This document shows, piece after piece, positions 13,864 to 32,181 of a stretch of 64,000 nt of DNA. The DNA is from Eledone cirrhosa (taxonomy: Eukaryota), in the NCBI GenBank assembly GCA_964016885.1, contig OZ024747.1, forward strand, positions 46,376,001-46,440,000, in the 5' to 3' direction. Each line of letters opens with the position of its first letter. The stretch's first letter is position 1. The notes under the pieces are model-generated. The model had not been told where the DNA came from, did no database searches, and saw only the letters and a program-made list of their open reading frames with translations. A program made the translations under genes and the position numbers.

Positions 13864-14385
13864 ACAAACATACACACATATGTATAAATGTGTATGTGTG
13901 TGTGTGTGTGTATGTAAATATGTAAAAGAATAAGGACCTGTGTTAAGAATGATATGTTTTTATAACCTCTTGCTAACTCTAAATAACTGTACAGTACAAA
14001 TTTACCACCCTTCGCCCTCATATAATCACCAGTATCTACAACTAACACTGAAGCTAACACTACAAGCATTGACCACGCTCTCATATAACCACTACTATCT
14101 ACAACTACCAGCATTGCCAAAATCATAATTACCAATATTACCATCCTTACCATTACTATAAACACTAGCATCACAACTAAACACCCAACCACCTCCTCAG
14201 TTATCGACACCAACAACCACCAGGACCAGCAACTCCAACAGTAATACTTTTAACTGTGGACGTAGACATCTTTCATTTTAAAAGGAATAGTTATGACATA
14301 TTGATTCGAAACTACAGCTTGACATGTAGAATGTACCAGTATTCCCAAACCATATAGCAATAAAAACACAACGTCCAGACATTAT

Positions 14386-14561
14386 CAGTATCGGTAGAGG
14401 GTTGGACGCCGTGCTTTCTAGCATAGTTACGTCCCTTTACAGTCTGAGTTCAAATCCCGCCGAGGTTAACTTTGCCTTTCATCCTTACGGGGTCGATAGA
14501 ATAAAGTACCAGTAATGTACTGGGTAATTGCTGGCCTTGTGCCAAAAGTAGAAACAATTAT
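14386..14561 (+). mobile_element. tRNA-derived SINE (family 1), young copy
   Basis: Near-identical to 13017-13202 and 61719-61912. Confidence 0.9.
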
Positions 14562-15039
14562 GATATGGTCTGAATTGATGAAAAAATATTCTGATTGTTG
14601 AACTGTCAGTGCCTTGGGGGGGGGGGGGATATGGAGTCAAATCATGAAAGGTAGTACAATAATAAAAAAAAAAAACCAAAAAAAGAACTAAAGGTGTGAT
14701 GTGAGTGTCGAGGATGGATGTGTACATTACTGCCATTTAAAGCAAATGTCGTGGACACGTGACTAGATCCATTGTTACTACCTGGTTGACATTAGACAGA
14801 GAAAGAAAAGTAGAGTTGGCGCAAAAGGTAACCACCCGTTATAATTATCAACTAGATCTTTCCATCTCTCAAATGAATCTGAAACAGGTTTGCCATTCAT
14901 AATCTAGCTGCCAGTGAGAGTAATCCATTGGCAACAGAGAATTGATAAATATGTCCGAAGACGGAGCAGCCGAACGTCAATTGTCATCGCCTCCATCTCT
15001 CTGTATTATGAGCAAATGGGGTCCCACGTTCTGGCCGCC

Positions 15040-15215
15040 CCACAGCCCCGGCGGACAGCATGGAGAAGGCGTTACCCCAGAGGATAGCAAGGGAGATGCG
15101 CTGAAAGAGCCATTCTATGTCGCGAGGCTCACACCTGCGGCAGGCCAGCTCAGCACCTATGGTGGTAAGTAGGAAGGTAGCCCTAGGGCCAAGGACACCA
15201 TATAGTGACACATTT
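15040..15215 (-). mobile_element. CRE-type non-LTR retrotransposon, C-terminal RLE fragment
   Basis: SLYGVLGPRATFLLTTIG...RDIEWLFQRISLAILWGNAFSML resembles the CRE-clade C-terminal pattern G..G..A...L..IG...FQR.S.A..RGNA. Confidence 0.7.
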
Positions 15216-16013
15216 TTCTTCAACACCAGAACCTCTCCGTAAATATTTGAAGAATTAATAAACATGTGTCTTAACACGCACACACATGCCCACATGTAGT
15301 GTCCTCCATTTAGTTCTAAGTGAACCTTAACGTTGCAAATGATGATAGAATGTATGCAAAATGAGTGCCCCAGGTTGGCGGGTGATGTGATCTCAATGAC
15401 AACCTCAGAAATAGCCTAACTCTTCTTTATTTGCATGTATCGATATATTGTACAACTTTATGTGCTCCGAATATTACTGCGTTCATATAAACCTGAATTA
15501 ACTAAAACAAAACAAAAAAGAAAAGTAAAGAAAAAAAAATTAGCGTTAATCTCGACAAGTGTCTGAAAGATGGACAGGAGTGGATTTAGAAATCTGAATA
15601 TTATTTGCATATGATTGAATTTAATTTAATCGAATATGAAAGTATTTATGTAGCAGTAAATTTTCGCTTTTTATGTTCATTAACTGAAAATAAAATTTTA
15701 ATTTTCTTTCTTATATGCGCGCAATTTAATCAATATACCATTAAATGTTTTGTACCTATTTGCAAGTACAGTTGTTTGTGTACACAAAGACACACCTGCA
15801 CTTACTTGACCGTCAATTATGGTTGAGCAATGATTAACTACCAGAAAAATTAAACTCATATTAGTACACACAAAGTAACAACATCGCAGGTAGTACCATC
15901 GTCATCATAGTCATAATACATCTTACTAAAACAAAAGACTAGAAATCTTAACAGTGTGTGTGTGTCTGGGGAGGAGGGGGAATGATAAATCATATAAATC
16001 GCAGTCCTTGACA

Positions 16014-16233
16014 AATAACGATTTCTAGTATAGGCACAAGGCCAGTAATTTGGGGATAGGGAAAAGTCGATTAAATCAGCCCCAGTACGTTACTGGTGTT
16101 TTACTTTCTCGACCACGTAAGGATGAAAGGCAAAGTTAACCTCGGCGGGATTTGAACTCAGACTATAAAGGGCCGTAACTCCTTGCTGCAAAACATGGCT
16201 TCAGACCCTCTACCGATACTGCCAATCCACCGC
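16014..16233 (-). mobile_element. tRNA-derived SINE (family 1), long variant
   Basis: Full-length reverse complement; carries an extra ~30 nt segment relative to the young copies. Confidence 0.85.
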
Positions 16234-16240
16234 TTTGAGA

Positions 16241-16316
16241 AATAATTGTTTCTACTTTTGGCACAAGGCCAGCAAATTACCCAGTGCATTACTGGTACTT
16301 TATTCTATCGACCCCG
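16241..16316 (-). mobile_element. 5'-truncated SINE (family 1) with TSD
   Basis: SINE 3' end only, flanked by CGCTTTGAGAAATAATT at ~16231-16247 and ~16315-16331. Confidence 0.85.
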
Positions 16317-16852
16317 CTTTGAGAAATAATTCGAGCCATTTTGTCAGATGCTTTAATCATTCTGCCAATCCACTGCCCCATCGTCATAACAATATCCTCA
16401 TTATAACATTTTTCTTTTTCTTTTTCTTTTTCTTTTTCTTTTTCTTTTTCTTCTTCTTCTTCTAGATGGATTATTAATTCTGATGTGATTGACCAGAATT
16501 GATCTAAACTAAGAAACAACAACATCAACAAAGACAACAACAACAACAAAGACAACAGCAACAACAGCGGTGACAATATCATACTGTTGTTGATTATGTT
16601 ACATAAACCTAAATATCCAAATAAATTCTTTATTAAAAACAGTCAATTGCTTCGGCAACTTACGTTTATGATTTTGATGTTACCATCGTATTAGTTGTTA
16701 CTGTTGTTGTTTAGCCTCAGGTAACGGCTGATATGGTATAACGGAACCCATACTGTCTTTTGAGGCGTGCTCCGAACTTCGAAACTACAACACTGTAACC
16801 TTGTTTTCCATTTATTGTTCCCGGTTCCTCTCTTTCTTCTTCTCTCCCTCTC

Positions 16853-16988
16853 CCTCATACCTATTCCTTCTCCTTTTCTCCCCCTACCTTATACCTATTC
16901 CTTCTCCTTTTCTCCCTCTACCTCATACCTATTCCTTCTCCTTTTCTCCCCCTACCTTATACCTATTCCTTCTCCTTTTCTCCCTACA
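16853..16988. repeat. 34-bp pyrimidine-rich minisatellite, ~4 copies
   Basis: Unit CT(C/T)ATACCTATTCCTTCTCCTTTTCTCCCCCTAC. Confidence 0.9.
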
Positions 16989-17281
16989 TCCTTCTCCCCC
17001 TCCATCCCTTATACATAAGGAGACACGCACACACACACACACACATGCGTATCGTCTACAGGTGAATAATTCATAACTGAGACACACTAGGTGTACTAAT
17101 TAATAACTTTATTCTTGCTTGTCAGACGTTCAATCGGTGTGTGATGATCTCCAGCCGACTCGATGTTTATTTTCTATTCTATCTGCGATAAATACTTCAT
17201 ACAAATTCATATATTCCGAAATAAATGAAAAAACCTCCTCCCACATCCGACATCATTGTAACCATATGATACTACACAGCA

Positions 17282-17358
17282 CCACGTCATCATACATACA
17301 CACACAGAGGTATCAACACAAGCATACACACATGCATCCAGAAACACATACACACACA

Positions 17359-17399
<41 letters not shown>

Positions 17400-17485
17400 C
17401 CAACACGTCACCATACATACGAGCACACACAGAGGTATCAACACAAGCATACACACATACATCCAGAAACACATACACACACACA

Positions 17486-17553
<68 letters not shown>

Positions 17554-17714
17554 TATATATATCCAACACGTCATCATACATACGAGCACACACAGAGGTA
17601 TCAACACAAGCATACACACATACACCCAGAAACACATACACACACACACTCTCTCTCACACACAGACACACACACAGACAGACACACACACACACAGACA
17701 CACACACACACACA

Positions 17715-17759
<45 letters not shown>

Positions 17760-17915
17760 CCAACACGTCATCATACATACGAGCACACACAGAGGTACCA
17801 ACACAAGCATACACACATACATCCAGAAACACATACACACACACACTCTCTCTCACGCACACGCACACAGACACACACATACACACACATACATACACAC
17901 ACACACACACACATA

Positions 17916-17947
<32 letters not shown>

Positions 17948-17950
17948 TCC
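17282..17950. repeat. Compound satellite: 4 copies of a ~85-bp core separated by variable (CA)n/(CT)n
   Basis: Core CACGTCATCATACATAC..GCACACACAGAGGTATCAACACAAGCATACACAC..CCAGAAACACATAC at ~17283, 17404, 17566 and 17764. Confidence 0.9.
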
Positions 17951-18974
17951 AAGCATAGTTGTGTACATATGAACATCTATGTTGATATGTGTGTGTATAT
18001 GAAAAATGGAAGTATGTGCATGGCTTTTGTTTAAAAGAAACCAGTGAATGTAGTTATGAGTGAGTATATAAACTTCCTTTAGTACATAAACAAATTGAAA
18101 ATGATCAGTAGTCATTCTGGAACCACTATTGGTCTCACTATCAGTTGACCAAGCATCTTTTAGAAAGCTTGTTATTATCAACACAACGAAACCAAAAACA
18201 ATGAAGGCGCTCACACTATGAAACACACACACGTGTATGTGAATCGAGACGGTGGTCTGTAAAGAAGAAAAGAAACTGGCCTACCAAGAGGCGTCCATCT
18301 GAATAATAAATGATCAATTTTCTTGTTTTTTCAACTATTGGTAATTATAGGCAGAAGCTAACTGACGAAGCGACACACATTATGGCAGGTCGCCAATAAG
18401 ATAAACTTATCAAGACGAGACTGTTTCTGAATAAGAACGAGCCAGGAATATAAAACTGCTTAAGGTAGATGACGTGACCGAGCGAAACTGACCAAATAAA
18501 GCTATTTACCAATAGATTGGGAGCGCCTTTGTTGATAAAATCCTGTATAGCTTCTTATATACTCAAACACAATCTATTGGTTCGTGTCAACCCAGTATGA
18601 TTCTGGTGTCTGGTCTTGTAAAAGTTATGGTTTCTTTCTTTTAAACGTATTTGGATACTAAATGGATACTAAAAATATCTACATTGTTTCTCACGTACAC
18701 ATAATTTGCGTCGTTATTAAAGAATAACAATTTAAATAACAGATACTGTTATGATCTGTTCATACGTACAGAAATATATTAGAAATACTAAGATTTAGGT
18801 TTCGTGTCTCAGGACCAGCATCACTAAAGTGAAAAAAATAATAATAAAATAAAAAGACCAATATGTTATCAAATGAAAAATAGTATTTGTCATTATTGCT
18901 GAAGTTTATTCGGTAGGCAAATCTGATTGAGCAGAAGAAATATTATCAAAGAATTTTCAGCCGTCACCATTCAT

Positions 18975-19445
18975 TCGGTTTTCGTGCCAACCCTTACCTA
19001 TGGTCATGAATCTTGGGTAATGACCGAAGGAATACGGTCGCGAATACAAGCAGCCGAAATAGGGTTCCTCTGAAGTGTCTTCGGAGTAACATTACTTGAT
19101 AAAGTGAATAGCTCTGAGATCAGAGAGTCACACCAGGTGGAGCCACTACTTCTCCGAAATAAGAGATCACAGCTCCGATACTATGGACATGTGTTTAGAA
19201 TGTCTCAGGAAAGAATCGCTGGACAGATTTTACGGGCGAAACCAACCGGCAGGAGACCCAGGAGTAGATCCTGAGCAAGATGGTTGGATAACATCTATGA
19301 GCTTGGCTGGTCACGCTTGGGAATCCAGCCGGATCAGTTGGAGATGGTTGCTTCTGACAGGACCTGCTGGAAGGAGTGTTTGAGGACTCTGCCCCCACGA
19401 CCCTCTTAGGAACAAGTGGGAAAAGAAAGGAAGAAGAGAAGAAGA
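18975..19445 (+). mobile_element. RTE-clade (Expander/Rex3-like) LINE, 3' end
   Basis: Single frame with stops: VFVPTLTYGHESWVMTEGIRSRIQAAEIGFL*SVFGVTLLDKVNSSEIRE..QVEPLLLR..RSQLRYYGHVFRM...RAKPTGRRPRSRS*ARWLD...LPPRPS*. GAA-rich tail. Confidence 0.9.
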
Positions 19446-19569
19446 CTATTCATTTTATAGACTATCATTATTTAAAATGGCTGAATTTGTAGCAGATCGC
19501 AATAAAGAACAGACTGGTCCGTGTATTCTTTATTCGCATTGGCAACATGACCCACCCCTAGCATAAGTG

Positions 19570-19706
<137 letters not shown>

Positions 19707-19733
19707 CGAGAGTCTATGGCTCCGTTAATGTAT

Positions 19734-19776
<43 letters not shown>

Positions 19777-19789
19777 TAAAGACTACTTT

Positions 19790-20111
19790 TGATTATGAAT
19801 GATCATGATTATTGTATCTAGAAGGTTCCCTTCCGAGACGCAAAACCGAACAAGGTGTTTTTCTGGAAGACCAACAGTAGCCCATGCATGCCAATTTCCT
19901 TGTTGCACGCCATCGATGTTTACCAGAAGAAAGACAAAAGCTGACACACTTTGACACCAGTGAGACCGCAACTCATTTCTTCAGCTGAGTGAACTGAAGC
20001 AACGTGAAATAACGTATCTGGTTCAAGGATATGACGCACCACCCTGTCCAGGAATTGAACTAAAACTTCGTCATACTGAATCCAATGCTCTAACAATTTA
20101 ACCATGCGCCT
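19790..20111 (-). mobile_element. tRNA-derived SINE (family 2, CORE-SINE-like)
   Basis: Minus strand: tRNA-like head ending in GTTCAATTCC, then TCCTTGAACCAGATACGTTATTTCACGTTGCTTCAGTTCACTCAGCTG. Homologous to 24698-25014. Confidence 0.75.
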
Positions 20112-20206
20112 TTATACAAACACACACCACACACACAGACACATACACACACACGCACACACACACACATATATATATATATGTATATATACATATATGT
20201 ATATAC

Positions 20207-20303
<97 letters not shown>

Positions 20304-20390
20304 CATATATATATATATAAATATATATATATATGTATATATACACATATATATATATATAAATATATATATATATATGTATATATACAC

Positions 20391-20453
<63 letters not shown>

Positions 20454-20503
20454 CGGAAATATTAATGAAAGGTAAGCAAGCCGTTAAAACACATTTATAA
20501 AAA

Positions 20504-20543
20504 GCTCTTACATATGTTTCGCCCAATGGGACTCTTCTAAGGC
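20504..20543 (-). ncRNA. Degenerate type I hammerhead in PLE 3' region
   Basis: GCCT-TAGAAGA-GTCC CATT GGGC-GAAA-CATATG-TA-AGAGC. Core C3U4 mutated; palindromic stem III intact. Confidence 0.55.
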
Positions 20544-21152
20544 AATTATAAAGGCAAAGTATTTAATAAAGTACCCTGTACGGGTAGAAACATATTTTAA
20601 CATCAGAATGCATTACTCCGTATAGAAAAATGGAGGAAAAGTCATTGTGCTCTAAGGGAGGTAATTACCGGTGCAAAGTAGAGTTATCTGTCAAACTAAT
20701 GACCGCTAGTAAAAAAATGTATTTATTGTTACAAGGAGATAATTTAATTATGGTTTGTCAACTCAAGTTAATGAGGCAGTGTAAGGTATGAGTATGAGTA
20801 TCAATAATGAGTAAAGTCATTAAAGACTAAACATACATTTAGTCAGTATAAAGTTGTAAGTTCAGTGTAGGCTTAAAGGCACAGAAAGGTAAAGACACTT
20901 TAGATGGAATCTGTATAATTATATGATCATTTGTATAAAGAGTTTATTTGGTACAAGCGGCGGTTCTGTAAAATTACCCAACGATTAGTCTAGCATTGTG
21001 GAAGAATATAGCGGGGTAAGCCCAACTGAATATATGTAGTGCAGCTTCCTGGAGGGAGAACAGAGGGTGGATGATATTGTTGCTCCAAGATGTCTAATAG
21101 TAGGTCCACCGCAGTAGGTCGATCCAGAGTGTAGTGTTGGAAGCCCCAGGTG

Positions 21153-21551
21153 TTATGGTGGTTGTGTATTTGTCGGGGTCGATCTATAGAAAGATTGTTG
21201 TTGTCTATGGCCGCAATTGATGACAGTTTCAGTCCGACTATTTATGAGGTCCTGGGGTGCTTGCACTATATAGTATAGTTCCATTAGGCAGAGTTGGCAG
21301 CTTTTTTTAAAGTTGTAAGGTGTTGCTTGGTTCACAATTTCCCAATAAGTGGTGAAGCTAATGTTAGAGTCATTTAATAGGGTGATATAGTGAGCGAGGG
21401 ACGTAGAGTATCTAAGCTTCTTATTCTTAAAAGAGTGGAGGTGTGCTCGGAATCTGGTCTTGAACGACACACAGGTAGCTCCTATGTAATACTTAACACT
21501 ATTATGACTAGTAACGGTACATCTATAGATACCATTTTTATCCTTGTACAC
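21153..21551 (-). pseudogene. GIY-YIG endonuclease domain of a Penelope-like element (Hydra-clade-like C-terminus)
   Basis: Open 132 aa: GIYRCTV..YYIGAT..FKTRFRAH.HSF...STSLAHYI...W...CQLCLME.YYI...LINSRTE...CGH. No RT in frame upstream. Confidence 0.88.
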
Positions 21552-21818
21552 TAAATATTAACTCCTCTAATATTTAACCCTGATAACTCAAGCATCGAGC
21601 ACCCATGCACCCGTTTTTGGCATGTAATACTCTGTATCGCATCTCTTTATACCTCCTCTTTCTATCCTCATTTACGATACTGTAGCTTTTTATTATGTAT
21701 GTATGTATGTATGTATGTATGTATGTATGTATGTATGTATGTATGTATGTATGTATGTATGTATGTGTGTTTGTATATATACATATATCGATATATCCAT
21801 ATATATATACATACATAC

Positions 21819-21852
<34 letters not shown>

Positions 21853-22214
21853 GTGTATATATATATATATATGTATATGAAATTACTGTATACACCGATG
21901 CACTCGCACCCCCGGATATACAAGTACATGTATATGACTATATTGTGTGAGAGAGAGGAGGGTATTATGTATGCATGTGTATATAAATACATATATGTTG
22001 TTTGTGCGTAGTGTGTGATTGTATGTCTGTGTATATGTGTGTATGTGGGATGTATATATATATATACACACATTTTGTGTATGCGTACTGTGTGCTGGTA
22101 TGTGTGTTGTATGTGCGTATCTGTATGGGAGAGGTGACAGTTGTACATAATTACCAATGATATATTTCAAAATGGAATGAAAACAGAAGATTTCACGTTA
22201 ACACCAACTAAAGA

Positions 22215-22430
22215 ACATTGAGATCTGTTTGTCTGAATTACAAGAGACTTCTGTAGGGTATAGAATTGTTAAAGGATCTGTCTTCTTCGTGTGTATTCTT
22301 AAGAATATTATCACCGTTGTAGTTCTGTTTTATTAGGTAAAATCTGATCTTCTGCTAGCGTCGTTGTTTATATTCCGATGTAAGGACAAACGGTGTGGTT
22401 GCCGTCCACTGATCAAACAGGCTGAATGTA
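22215..22430 (-). pseudogene. Highly decayed GIY-YIG remnant (second PLE family)
   Basis: With frameshifts: VRY.F.C...PYIGI*TTTL(S)RR...ILKNT...E(A)LVIQTNR. Confidence 0.4.
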
Positions 22431-24447
22431 TCTGACTGATGTGGTCTATTGACATAACGTATTTAATAGAGTTATAATTTAGAATAGAGAACAGCTATAA
22501 CTCATTGAATGTTAATAGTTGTTCTGTTATCATTGTAGTAACTTTTACGTATATGTGTTTATAGCTATGTCAATATTTCGTTCCTTTACGCAGACAATAT
22601 TACTTTCTCTTTATACTATGAAGCTCATTCACTACCGACTGCACATCTTCAATGTGTTCTCATCCTCTCGCAGCTCGCTTTGTCAAATGAAGTTCGTTTC
22701 AGGTATTAAGACGTGAACGAAAGACATATTGTTGCTGTAGTTTGTCGTATCTTGTCAACTCCATCTGCTTACATTAACACCACCTGGTTGTAAAACCAAA
22801 CGATATTTACATGCTTAACATTTAAGTAGAACTTTATTTGTTTAAAACTTTCGCAGTATTTGTTTTTATTTTATGATGTATTTACGACTGCAGCAATTGT
22901 AGCTGATTTTGGAACTCAGAACATTGCTATTTAGCTATTGGTACTGACCCATTGTTTTATTTCATCAATCGCTGCGTTTGTATATTTTCTCCTGCTTCAC
23001 GTCATAGTTAAGTAATGTCCAAATTTCTATGCTTCACTAGTTTTTCCAACAATCAGGGAATAGTGTCATAGAGTGGGTGTGCGCTGGGAATGCGTCTGTC
23101 TGCTAAAACTATTGGACATTATTTCACAGTTATCTCTGCACAATTAACTTTTATCTATTTCACTATACTCAGACGTATAACTATTCCGACTACAGTTGTC
23201 ACTATAAGAAATTCGTTGGTTGTATATTAGTCTTATTATTTTGTTGCAGATATTTGTCGATAGGTTGGCCGCCTTAAGAAAACTATAACGTTTCTAGAAA
23301 CCTTTTGTGATACGTAAACACTAAGTTTCGAGTTAAAACAGTAAGCTTACAGAATCTTAGTTACCTTTTCTCTATTGCTACTGGAGTTTTCATTCAGTCA
23401 TATTAACAAAGTGGTCATTATTCAGTTCGAAATTTATAACTTTAGTTCCGATAATATTTTTGTAGTAGTGTATTCTGGTCAGGAAAATGTCTTCTTCGTG
23501 CTATTGACTGGTTTTCAACTTTATTATATTGTTATTTATTGGTGCCAGCACTTCAAGCGATTGGCAAAGAGTCTTTTGAAAAACAGCATTTAATAAATAA
23601 ACGAAAAGAAGGAAAAAAGAAATCTTTATTGTTCCTCGTCTATACGATATGTGTGTATTAGAAAGATTACAACAAATTTATTAACGAAATCGTCTCAGTA
23701 AATATATTCTTTTAAGTGAAATACGATGCAAACAGTAGTTCACTTCCAAGTCTATTCATTGGCAATTTTAAAATTCCAAATGGCAACTGTGCCTTACTGA
23801 TGGTTACACATATCAAATATTCTCCAATATATTATTTCCAGTTTCTGATTATATTATTCAGAACAATAGCAAACACTTACCATTTTTCTCGATATACATC
23901 GGCGTTTTGTAAGTTTCTCTTAAACAAACTTTGCTCTGTTTACTTAATTTAAATATCACAAGTATGATATTTCTTTAGAATGTTGCTCTTATTATTTCTT
24001 TGACTGCAATAATCACATTTTCCTTCATCGATGGTAGAACATAAGGTTAGAAAATGTCAGACGATTTAGATTTTTAAATCTGCGTGAGGTGTAAATATGG
24101 GGACATTATCCACATGAAAAATCATTTGTTAACTAGGTCAAGCCTGCTATTTCAAATCATTGAATTATAAAATTTGAGAGTTCCAGCACGTGCTAATGAG
24201 AGAACTTATAGACAGTCGTTCGACCTGTTAGAAATAGCAGCCAAATATCCACCGAAATACCCCATTCCGTTAAAATTAAACCTGAAAGAACATATGATAT
24301 GCATGATACACCTCCTCCCCAGCAAATAGCAGAAAAACAAAGCAAAACAAAAACAAATAAGATTATCGCAGCTGAAATGCATTTAATCATAACCCTGCCC
24401 AACCAGCGTTGACCTAGTGTTAAACAACCACAGCAATAATACCTCTC

Positions 24448-24520
24448 TGCTGCTGCTGCTGCTGCTGCTGCTGCTACTACTACTACTACTACTACTACTA
24501 ATACTACTACTACTACTACA
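24448..24520. repeat. (CTG)n(CTA)n compound microsatellite
   Basis: Directly visible. Confidence 0.9.
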
Positions 24521-24697
24521 AGCTTACACTTCTTTTCAAAACTAGTTATTTTATCGATCTCTTTCCTGTAGAAACGCTAATTTACGAGATATAAACACAG
24601 ACACAGGCATAACTGCAAATAGAGACACACACATATGCATACATACATAAAGATACACACACTCACGCCCACCCGAGAACACATATATATGTGTGTG

Positions 24698-25014
24698 AGA
24701 GTGTGTGGCTTAGTGGTTGTATCCTTGAGCAAGACACTTTATTTCACCTTGTTCCAGTTCACTCAATTAGAAGAAATGAGTTGCAACATCAAAGGTGCCA
24801 AACTGTATCGGCCTATGTATTTCCCTTGGACAACATCGGGGTGGGATGGGGTGGGGTGGGGGTGGGGTGGGGTGGGGGGGGGGGGGGGAGGGGTGCAGAG
24901 GGAAGACTGGTATGGTGACTATTGGTTCATCACAAAAACACGTTGCCTCAAATTCCGCTTCGGAGGAGAACGTTCTAGGTGCAAACTCATGGTCATTCGT
25001 GGCCGGCGTAGGCG
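24698..25014 (+). mobile_element. tRNA-derived SINE (family 2) with internal G-tract expansion
   Basis: GTGGCTTAGTGGTT...TCCTTGAGCAAGACACTTTATTTCAC. Head partly deleted; (GGGGT)n/Gn at 24838-24894. Confidence 0.75.
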
Positions 25015-25356
25015 TATATATATATATATATATACGTGTCTGTACCTTTCGCTCATGAAATCCACCCAGCTTATGCTGACCAGGACTACCATGTTGCTTG
25101 TTTATTTTCTTTCTTTGGTTTGCTTTTATCCTTCTATGTTGTTCACTTGTCCCACTCGCTTTACGCGAATTCTGGTCCCAATAACTTTTTATAGTTATTG
25201 CTCGCACCAACCTGAGGTATCCGATTTTTAATGCGATGAAATACCAATGATGGTTGGAAAATCACTGACGAAGGACTATTTTTTATCATATGTAACCCAT
25301 GTGCAACCACGCAGTATTCTTCTTTCTTCTCATGTTTTATATATATATATATATAT

Positions 25357-25955
25357 ATATGAAAGACGTAAAATAAGAAAATGATAAAAATTAACTTACT
25401 TACTAAAATTTCACTCCAACTAATTAGTTTCTGAAAGGGAATAAACATGGTTTCCAAATGGAACAACATGGAGAAAATCCTTTCGTGATCAGGAAGTCTA
25501 TTTTCAGCTAAGCTCCCAGGCAATGCGTGGACACAGGGAACTTATACAAAAATAATTCAGTGGATGGAAAAAAGCAAGCGGGGACTAAATTCCAGGACAT
25601 TGAAAAAATCACTGCCTACTTGGTCGGTGGCAAATTCAAAAGAATCAATCACGTGACATTGAGGTTAATCAGTGAGGATTGGGGTGCTAATAAGACAGTA
25701 GTTTTGGCAAATTTTTGCTCAACAAAATAATTTGGAGTTAATTATAAAGAATTAGTATATCTACCAACATATATATACAGATGCATACCTATGCTAGCAA
25801 ATATATAGGTTTTGTCTTAGTAACTTTGTGGTTCAATGCAAGGGGATGCAGAACAATTATATGAAAGCCGTAAAATAAGAAAATTATAAAAATTAACTTA
25901 CTTACTAAAATTTCACTCCAACTAATTAGTTTCTGAAAGGGAATAAACATGGTTT
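25357..25955. repeat. ~95-bp direct repeats ~500 bp apart, between TA microsatellites
   Basis: ATGAAAG(A/C)CGTAAAATAAGAAAAT.ATAAAAATTAACTTACTTACTAAAATTTCACTCCAACTAATTAGTTTCTGAAAGGGAATAAACATGGTTT occurs twice. Confidence 0.85.
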
Positions 25956-26001
25956 GAGGAAATAGTATATATTTTTCTTGTGATTCTATAGACATATTTT
26001 A

Positions 26002-26091
<90 letters not shown>

Positions 26092-26094
26092 ATA

Positions 26095-26272
26095 ATAATA
26101 AATTTGAAGACTAAAATTCAAAGAAGGCTCGATGAGGATAAATATATATCAAATTTATAAGAAGACCTCTGCGCCACCGAGGCTCTGGAAATGCTCTACG
26201 CCAAAGACCACATCTTAAACAAAAATCTGACGCAAATTGGGTTTGTAAACATAAATTGCACAAAACTTTCCT
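26095..26272 (+). pseudogene. C-terminal GIY-YIG remnant of a PLE (same type as 21153-21551)
   Basis: DLCATEALEMLYAKDHILNKN...(frameshift)WVCKHKLHKTF aligns with QLCLMELYYI..P.DLINSR.E...CGHRQQQSF. Confidence 0.55.
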
Positions 26273-26702
26273 GTATTACAGCCCCACATTATACCCTAAC
26301 GGACAGTACGAACTATACGCGGATATTTTACGTCTTGATGTGGTAGCTAAGTATATGATATGTTTATACCATTACTTATTTGTATAGGTAAGTATATATT
26401 ACCTTTATGTTTTGTGAAGGTACGTATACTTTCTCGTACGTATATTTGATTGTATTTGTTATGGCGTATATATTATATATTCTGGTACATATGCTTTTGG
26501 TTATATGTATACGTGCGTTTTGCGTCTGTGTGAGTATGCGGGTTTGTACGTATGTAAGGAGTGTGTATATGTGTACTTTGTGTTTTGGTTGATGTACGTC
26601 CCCGAACATATGTATATTTACATGTAGGTATGTGTGCGTTTGTTATATACGTATGTATATATTATATACGTTTATTTAATTATATGCATACACGCACGCA
26701 CG

Positions 26703-29184
<2,482 letters not shown>

Positions 29185-29219
29185 GTAGATAAATCTACCA
29201 AGAGTTTACGGTAGTGTCC

Positions 29220-29419
29220 NNNNNNNNNNNNNNNNNNNNNNNNNNNNNNNNNNNNNNNNNNNNNNNNNNNNNNNNNNNNNNNNNNNNNNNNNNNNNNNNN
29301 NNNNNNNNNNNNNNNNNNNNNNNNNNNNNNNNNNNNNNNNNNNNNNNNNNNNNNNNNNNNNNNNNNNNNNNNNNNNNNNNNNNNNNNNNNNNNNNNNNNN
29401 NNNNNNNNNNNNNNNNNNN
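29220..29419. other. Assembly gap (200 N)
   Basis: Run of N. Confidence 1.

Positions 29420-32177
<2,758 letters not shown>

Positions 32178-32181
<4 letters not shown>

Larger units (their letters stand above)
20451..21560 (-). mobile_element. 5'-truncated Penelope-like element (GIY-YIG + 3' pseudo-LTR)
   Basis: GIY-YIG ORF followed ~600 nt downstream by a degenerate HHR, ending in a TA microsatellite. Confidence 0.8.

Noticed and set aside
17282-17950. Repeat-spacer-like array resembling CRISPR
   Set aside because: The spacers are microsatellites of variable length, the repeat is ~85 bp, the context is eukaryotic and there are no cas genes.
17100-18260. Possible minus-strand host exons (acceptor TTCTTTACAG at ~18257 before a hydrophobic frame; short frame plus AATAAA near 17110)
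   Set aside because: No recognisable homology or consistent exon chain; RNA-seq is needed.
18362-18400. CTGACGA followed by a GCGAC/GTCGC hairpin
   Set aside because: No GAAA and no stem I complement.
23150-24200. Faint PLE RT/linker-like words (CFNSKLS, RISYS, YIDEG after a frameshift) on the minus strand
   Set aside because: Too degenerate to call by eye; a profile-HMM search is needed.
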